Assembly (NCBI GenBank): GCA_023137315.1
Contig: JAGLPP010000019.1
Location: 4,949 to 68,948 of the forward strand
Length of the DNA stretch: 64,000 bases
Source: Bacteriovoracaceae bacterium
Lineage (GTDB): Bacteria; Bdellovibrionota; Bacteriovoracia; Bacteriovoracales; Bacteriovoracaceae
Direction of reading: 5' to 3'
Part shown: positions 60,762-64,000 of the stretch, piece after piece
Layout: each line of letters begins with the position of its first letter
Position numbering within the stretch: the first letter of the stretch is position 1
The notes under the pieces: model-generated
The model's database searches: none
What the model was told of the DNA's origin: nothing
What the model saw: the letters and a program-made list of their open reading frames with translations, nothing else
Made by a program: the position numbers and the translations under genes

Positions 60762-62411
60762 ATGACATATCAAGTTTTAGCAAGGAAGTTAAGGCCACAA
60801 AAGTTTCAGGAAGTAATTGGTCAATTACATATTATCAGATCATTACAAAATTCCATAATAAGGCAGAAGCCCGGCCATGCGTATCTTTTTGCAGGAACTA
60901 GGGGAGTTGGTAAAACCACTATTGCCAGAATTTTTGCCAAGGCCTTGCGGTGTGATTCTCCAAACACTGATGGTAATTCATGCAATCAATGTAATTCCTG
61001 TCTTGATTTCGATACTGAAAATTCCATGAATGTCATGGAGATAGACGGAGCTTCCAATAATAGCGTTGATAATATCAGGGATCTTGTTTCCAATGTCCAA
61101 TATCTTCCTACCACAGGTAAATATAAGATTTATATTATTGATGAGGTTCATATGCTTTCCACGAGTGCTTTTAATGCACTACTGAAAACGCTCGAAGAAC
61201 CTCCGGCACATGTAATTTTTTTATTTGCAACAACGGCCCCGGGCAAACTTCTTCCGACGGTGTTGTCGCGTTGTCAGAGATTTGATTTAAAAAACATTTC
61301 AACCAATGATTTGGAAGACTTTCTCAAAGATGTAGCGAAGAAAGAACATATTGAGTTTGAAAGCAGTCAAATTATCAGAGAAATCTGTGTACAGGGTAAT
61401 GGTTCTGTCAGGGATATGCTGTCTCTTTTGGATCAGGTTGTAAGTTATTCTGAAAATAATTATATAGATGAAAATATTCTTGTTACGTCTCTTGGGATTG
61501 CCAGGAGAGAATCAGTTAATTCGATTGGTAAATCAATCTTGAGGGGTGATGTACGTGGTTTGGCCGGAACTTATCGAAAGTTGCTTGGAGAGAATGTTTC
61601 GGTGGAAAATATTATTATTTCAATTTTAAACTTTTTTTATGAAACAATAGAGAAGATTGATACTAGTGAAGAACTGGCCGGGATTGATCCACAACTTCCT
61701 GATATTATGGGGGATATATCCACGGCGGAGATTTTCTGGATATATGAGTCACTTGCAAGGGATTCCATCTGGGTTGTTGAATCAATTGCTTCCGATAAAT
61801 CAAGTGAAATTCTTTTAAAAAAACTGGCCCTCAGACGTTCTTTTTTTAAAAAGAAATTTAATTTTTCTGTCGATCGACATGAAGAATATGAAAAAAAAAA
61901 AATAGAAACGGATGAATCTGATTGTAATATAGAAAAAAAATCAATCGTGAATAATGATGTGATAGAGGAAAAAAAGCAGGAGAAAACCTGGGAAGGTTTC
62001 ATTGAATATCTGTATTCCATCTCTCCCGCATCAGCTTCCAATCTGGAACAGGGAAATATTATAAGTCCATTGAGATTTGAGAGAGATCAAATTCATATTG
62101 AGTTGGGTTTTTGCCAGTCCGAGAAGGTTTTTTTTGATTATCTGAATGAACCGGATATATTTAAAAAACTTGGAGAAAACATTGCTGGATATTTTAATAA
62201 TGATTATTCGAATATAAATTTAAACTTGCGATTGGTGGATGATTTACAGAAGAAGGAATCCAATTTTCAATCCAGAGTGGAAATATTGCACGAGAAGGAA
62301 GAAGAAGAGGAAATGAATCAAAAGAAGAAGTTTTGTGCACATGATATGATTCTGGAGGCTGAAAGTCTTTTTAACAGTAAAATTGATTTAATAAAGATAA
62401 ACAGAAAATAG
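60762..62411 (+). CDS. dnaX: DNA polymerase III subunits gamma/tau
   Basis: 549 aa. Walker A GTRGVGKTT, a zinc module (CNQCNSCLDF), DEVHML and SRCQRF (sensor) motifs, and a divergent C-terminal tau-specific region. Confidence 0.96.
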   Translation: MTYQVLARKLRPQKFQEVIGQLHIIRSLQNSIIRQKPGHAYLFAGTRGVGKTTIARIFAKALRCDSPNTDGNSCNQCNSCLDFDTENSMNVMEIDGASNNSVDNIRDLVSNVQYLPTTGKYKIYIIDEVHMLSTSAFNALLKTLEEPPAHVIFLFATTAPGKLLPTVLSRCQRFDLKNISTNDLEDFLKDVAKKEHIEFESSQIIREICVQGNGSVRDMLSLLDQVVSYSENNYIDENILVTSLGIARRESVNSIGKSILRGDVRGLAGTYRKLLGENVSVENIIISILNFFYETIEKIDTSEELAGIDPQLPDIMGDISTAEIFWIYESLARDSIWVVESIASDKSSEILLKKLALRRSFFKKKFNFSVDRHEEYEKKKIETDESDCNIEKKSIVNNDVIEEKKQEKTWEGFIEYLYSISPASASNLEQGNIISPLRFERDQIHIELGFCQSEKVFFDYLNEPDIFKKLGENIAGYFNNDYSNINLNLRLVDDLQKKESNFQSRVEILHEKEEEEEMNQKKKFCAHDMILEAESLFNSKIDLIKINRK

Positions 62412-62420
62412 GAGATATTA

Positions 62421-62735
62421 ATGAGCAGAAATATGAATCAACTTATGAAACAAGCTCAGCAAATGCAGTCAAAGATATCAGTTCTTCAGAAAGAACTTGA
62501 TGTCAGAGAAATGGAAGTATCTTCCGGTGGTGGAATGATAAAGATTAAAATAAATGGGAAGCAACAAATTTTGGAAATTTCCATAAATAAGGAATGTGTT
62601 GATCCAACTGATGTTTCCATGCTGGAAGAGTTGGTAAAAACAGCGACCAATCAGGCGATAACTGAATCCAAGGAGATGGTTTCAAACGCAATGTCGAAGG
62701 TAACTGGTGGCCTTAACGTTCCAGGCCTGTTTTGA
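62421..62735 (+). CDS. ybaB: nucleoid-associated protein YbaB/EbfC
   Basis: 104 aa. The N-terminus NMNQLMKQAQQMQSKISVLQKEL and the ending GGLNVPGLF are typical. It sits in the conserved dnaX-ybaB-recR context. Confidence 0.93.
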   Translation: MSRNMNQLMKQAQQMQSKISVLQKELDVREMEVSSGGGMIKIKINGKQQILEISINKECVDPTDVSMLEELVKTATNQAITESKEMVSNAMSKVTGGLNVPGLF

Positions 62736-62751
62736 CGGTGGAGTGCTTGCC

Positions 62752-63345
62752 ATGAATCTTCCCAAAATTCTTAATAGAGCAGTTCAAAGTTTTTGTACTC
62801 TTCCCGGGGTTGGTGAAAAAACGGCCTTTAGACAGGTTTTGCATATTTCACGTCAAAAAGACGAACTTATCAAGGAGTTTGGAGATTCAATGAAGGATCT
62901 GGCAAACCTCAAAAAGTGTGGTTTGTGTGGAATGTACGCAGAAGATGATAGATGTGAAATTTGCTTGTCAGAAAAGAGGAAAAAGTCACGAATTATATGT
63001 GTGGTTGAAAACATTATGGACTGTCTGGCCATAGAAAAAAGCGGGTACTATTGTGGGCTCTATCACATTTTGGGTGGTGTTTTAAATCCACTTCTTGGAA
63101 TTGGCCCTGATGAGCTGGATATTAATAAACTTACACAAAGAATAATGAACCATGATATAAAAGAATTGATTTTGGCAATTAATCCTTCGGTGGAAGGTGA
63201 TGCGACTTGTTCGTATATAAAACAAATAGTGCCGGAAGATGTTGTTGTGGATAGAATCGGTTTTGGTATGCCAATCGGGGGAAGCCTCGAGTATCTTGAC
63301 GGTATGACTATCTCCAAGGCACTTGAGAATAAAAAAAGACTTTAA
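62752..63345 (+). CDS. recR: recombination protein RecR
   Basis: HhH motif LPGVGEKTAFR, a Cys4 zinc finger (CGLCGMY...CEIC), and a Toprim block (ICVVEN...ELILAINPSVEGD). Met at 62752 is preferred to the raw ORF start at 62707, which overlaps ybaB. Confidence 0.95.
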   Translation: MNLPKILNRAVQSFCTLPGVGEKTAFRQVLHISRQKDELIKEFGDSMKDLANLKKCGLCGMYAEDDRCEICLSEKRKKSRIICVVENIMDCLAIEKSGYYCGLYHILGGVLNPLLGIGPDELDINKLTQRIMNHDIKELILAINPSVEGDATCSYIKQIVPEDVVVDRIGFGMPIGGSLEYLDGMTISKALENKKRL

Positions 63346-63354
63346 GGTTTTTAC

Positions 63355-63864
63355 ATGGGATATGCTGAAGGATTTTGGAATAAGATAGATGATTTCATAA
63401 GTAATGAAATCGCCAAAAATGATTTAGATAAATATTCCATTGTTTTGGGACGACAAGATGGAGTTTTGGTGTTTAATCATGTTTCTGTCGAAAATTTTGA
63501 TTTGCATGCGGTTGGAGCATTGATGGCAGGTATGTGGCAGGCGGCAGGTGCTATTTCCAATTTTTTGTCCAATCCAATGGATTCAAATGAATACAGGATG
63601 GGTTTTGATACAACATCCCAGGGGATTTACATACTTCCCGTTCAAATTCTTCATGAGCAATTTTTTCTTGGAATTTTTTATCAGGATATTCAAAATCCAG
63701 GTTTTTTAAAGGCCAAAGTGCGGTTTTTGATTAAAAAATTGGAAGAATATTGTAAAAAAACAAATATTAGTGACAATATAAAAAATAAAGAAAAAGAGGA
63801 ATATCTTTTTCAAGATATAACTGATCATGAAATGAACAGATTATTTATGTTTGCGGAGAGCTGA
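63355..63864 (+). CDS. mglB: Roadblock/LC7-domain protein, MglB-like GTPase-activating protein
   Basis: 169 aa, alignable by eye to Myxococcus MglB: (IVLGRQDGVLV...AVGALMAGMWQAAGAISNFL...GIYILPV...FFLGIFY...GFLKAKVRFLIKKLEE...ITDHEMNRLF) against (VFLVDKNGQLI...SLASLTAGNVAAMGGLAKLI...SLYMTIV...VLVVIFD...GLVRLRIKKASDEL...ISDDDIDNLF). It ends 2 nt before mglA. Confidence 0.8.
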   Translation: MGYAEGFWNKIDDFISNEIAKNDLDKYSIVLGRQDGVLVFNHVSVENFDLHAVGALMAGMWQAAGAISNFLSNPMDSNEYRMGFDTTSQGIYILPVQILHEQFFLGIFYQDIQNPGFLKAKVRFLIKKLEEYCKKTNISDNIKNKEKEEYLFQDITDHEMNRLFMFAES

Positions 63865-63866
63865 AA

Positions 63867-64000
63867 ATGTCTTTCGTTAATTATCATACAAAAGAAATTA
63901 ATTGCAAGATTGTCTACTATGGCCCTGGCCTTGGTGGAAAAACAACCAATCTGCAGTTTGTCTATCAAAAAACCAGTAGTAACTCCAAGGGCAAGATTAT
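63867..64000 (+). CDS. mglA: Ras-like small GTPase MglA (5' fragment, truncated by the window end)
   Basis: [36 protein letters not shown] is nearly identical in pattern to Myxococcus MglA ([33 protein letters not shown]), including the P-loop. Confidence 0.9.
   Translation, partial: [44 protein letters not shown]

Noticed and set aside
60409-60773. Two minus-strand ORFs (64 aa and 69 aa) between the GNAT gene and dnaX.
   Set aside because: They are antisense to, or overlap, the SRP RNA gene and its promoter. They have no ribosome-binding site and no recognisable protein features.

Overview
AT-rich (about mid-30s % GC by eye), densely coding bacterial chromosome segment. It is mostly conserved housekeeping genes. 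Plus strand: atpF'-atpF-atpH-atpA-atpG-atpD-atpC, ligA, radA, priA, a class A PBP, prs-pth-ychF, folK, a peptidoglycan-turnover cluster (Slt70-like, LysM, amgK-murU), a CHASE2 histidine kinase with an NtrC-type sigma-54 activator, lspA-lgt, a PduO-type adenosyltransferase, and SRP RNA-dnaX-ybaB-recR followed by mglB-mglA. Minus strand: glpK, hutI-hutU, and a long operon (OMP, orphan protein, lptF/G-family, def, fmt, rpe). Between these lie many orphan signal-peptide, lipoprotein and beta-barrel genes. The gene content (mglBA, several lytic transglycosylases, sigma-54 regulation, many secreted orphans, low GC) suggests a Bdellovibrionota/Bacteriovoracaceae-like organism, but this is inference only. 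I found no CRISPR array, transposase, integrase, prophage, rRNA or tRNA gene, or recognisable defence or toxin-antitoxin module. I cannot honestly point to a clear-cut novel multi-gene system. The observations most worth follow-up are: (1) an A12 tract in dnaX with stops in both alternate frames, a candidate gamma-subunit recoding site; (2) a textbook sigma-54 promoter in front of an orphan secreted acidic protein; (3) a stand-alone periplasmic sCache protein next to a chemoreceptor beside hutUI; (4) an HtpX/M48-like membrane protein lacking HExxH, directly upstream of the CHASE2 kinase and NtrC pair; (5) an SRP RNA, which gene finders rarely call, with a perfect sigma-70 promoter; and (6) a complete mglB-mglA pair.
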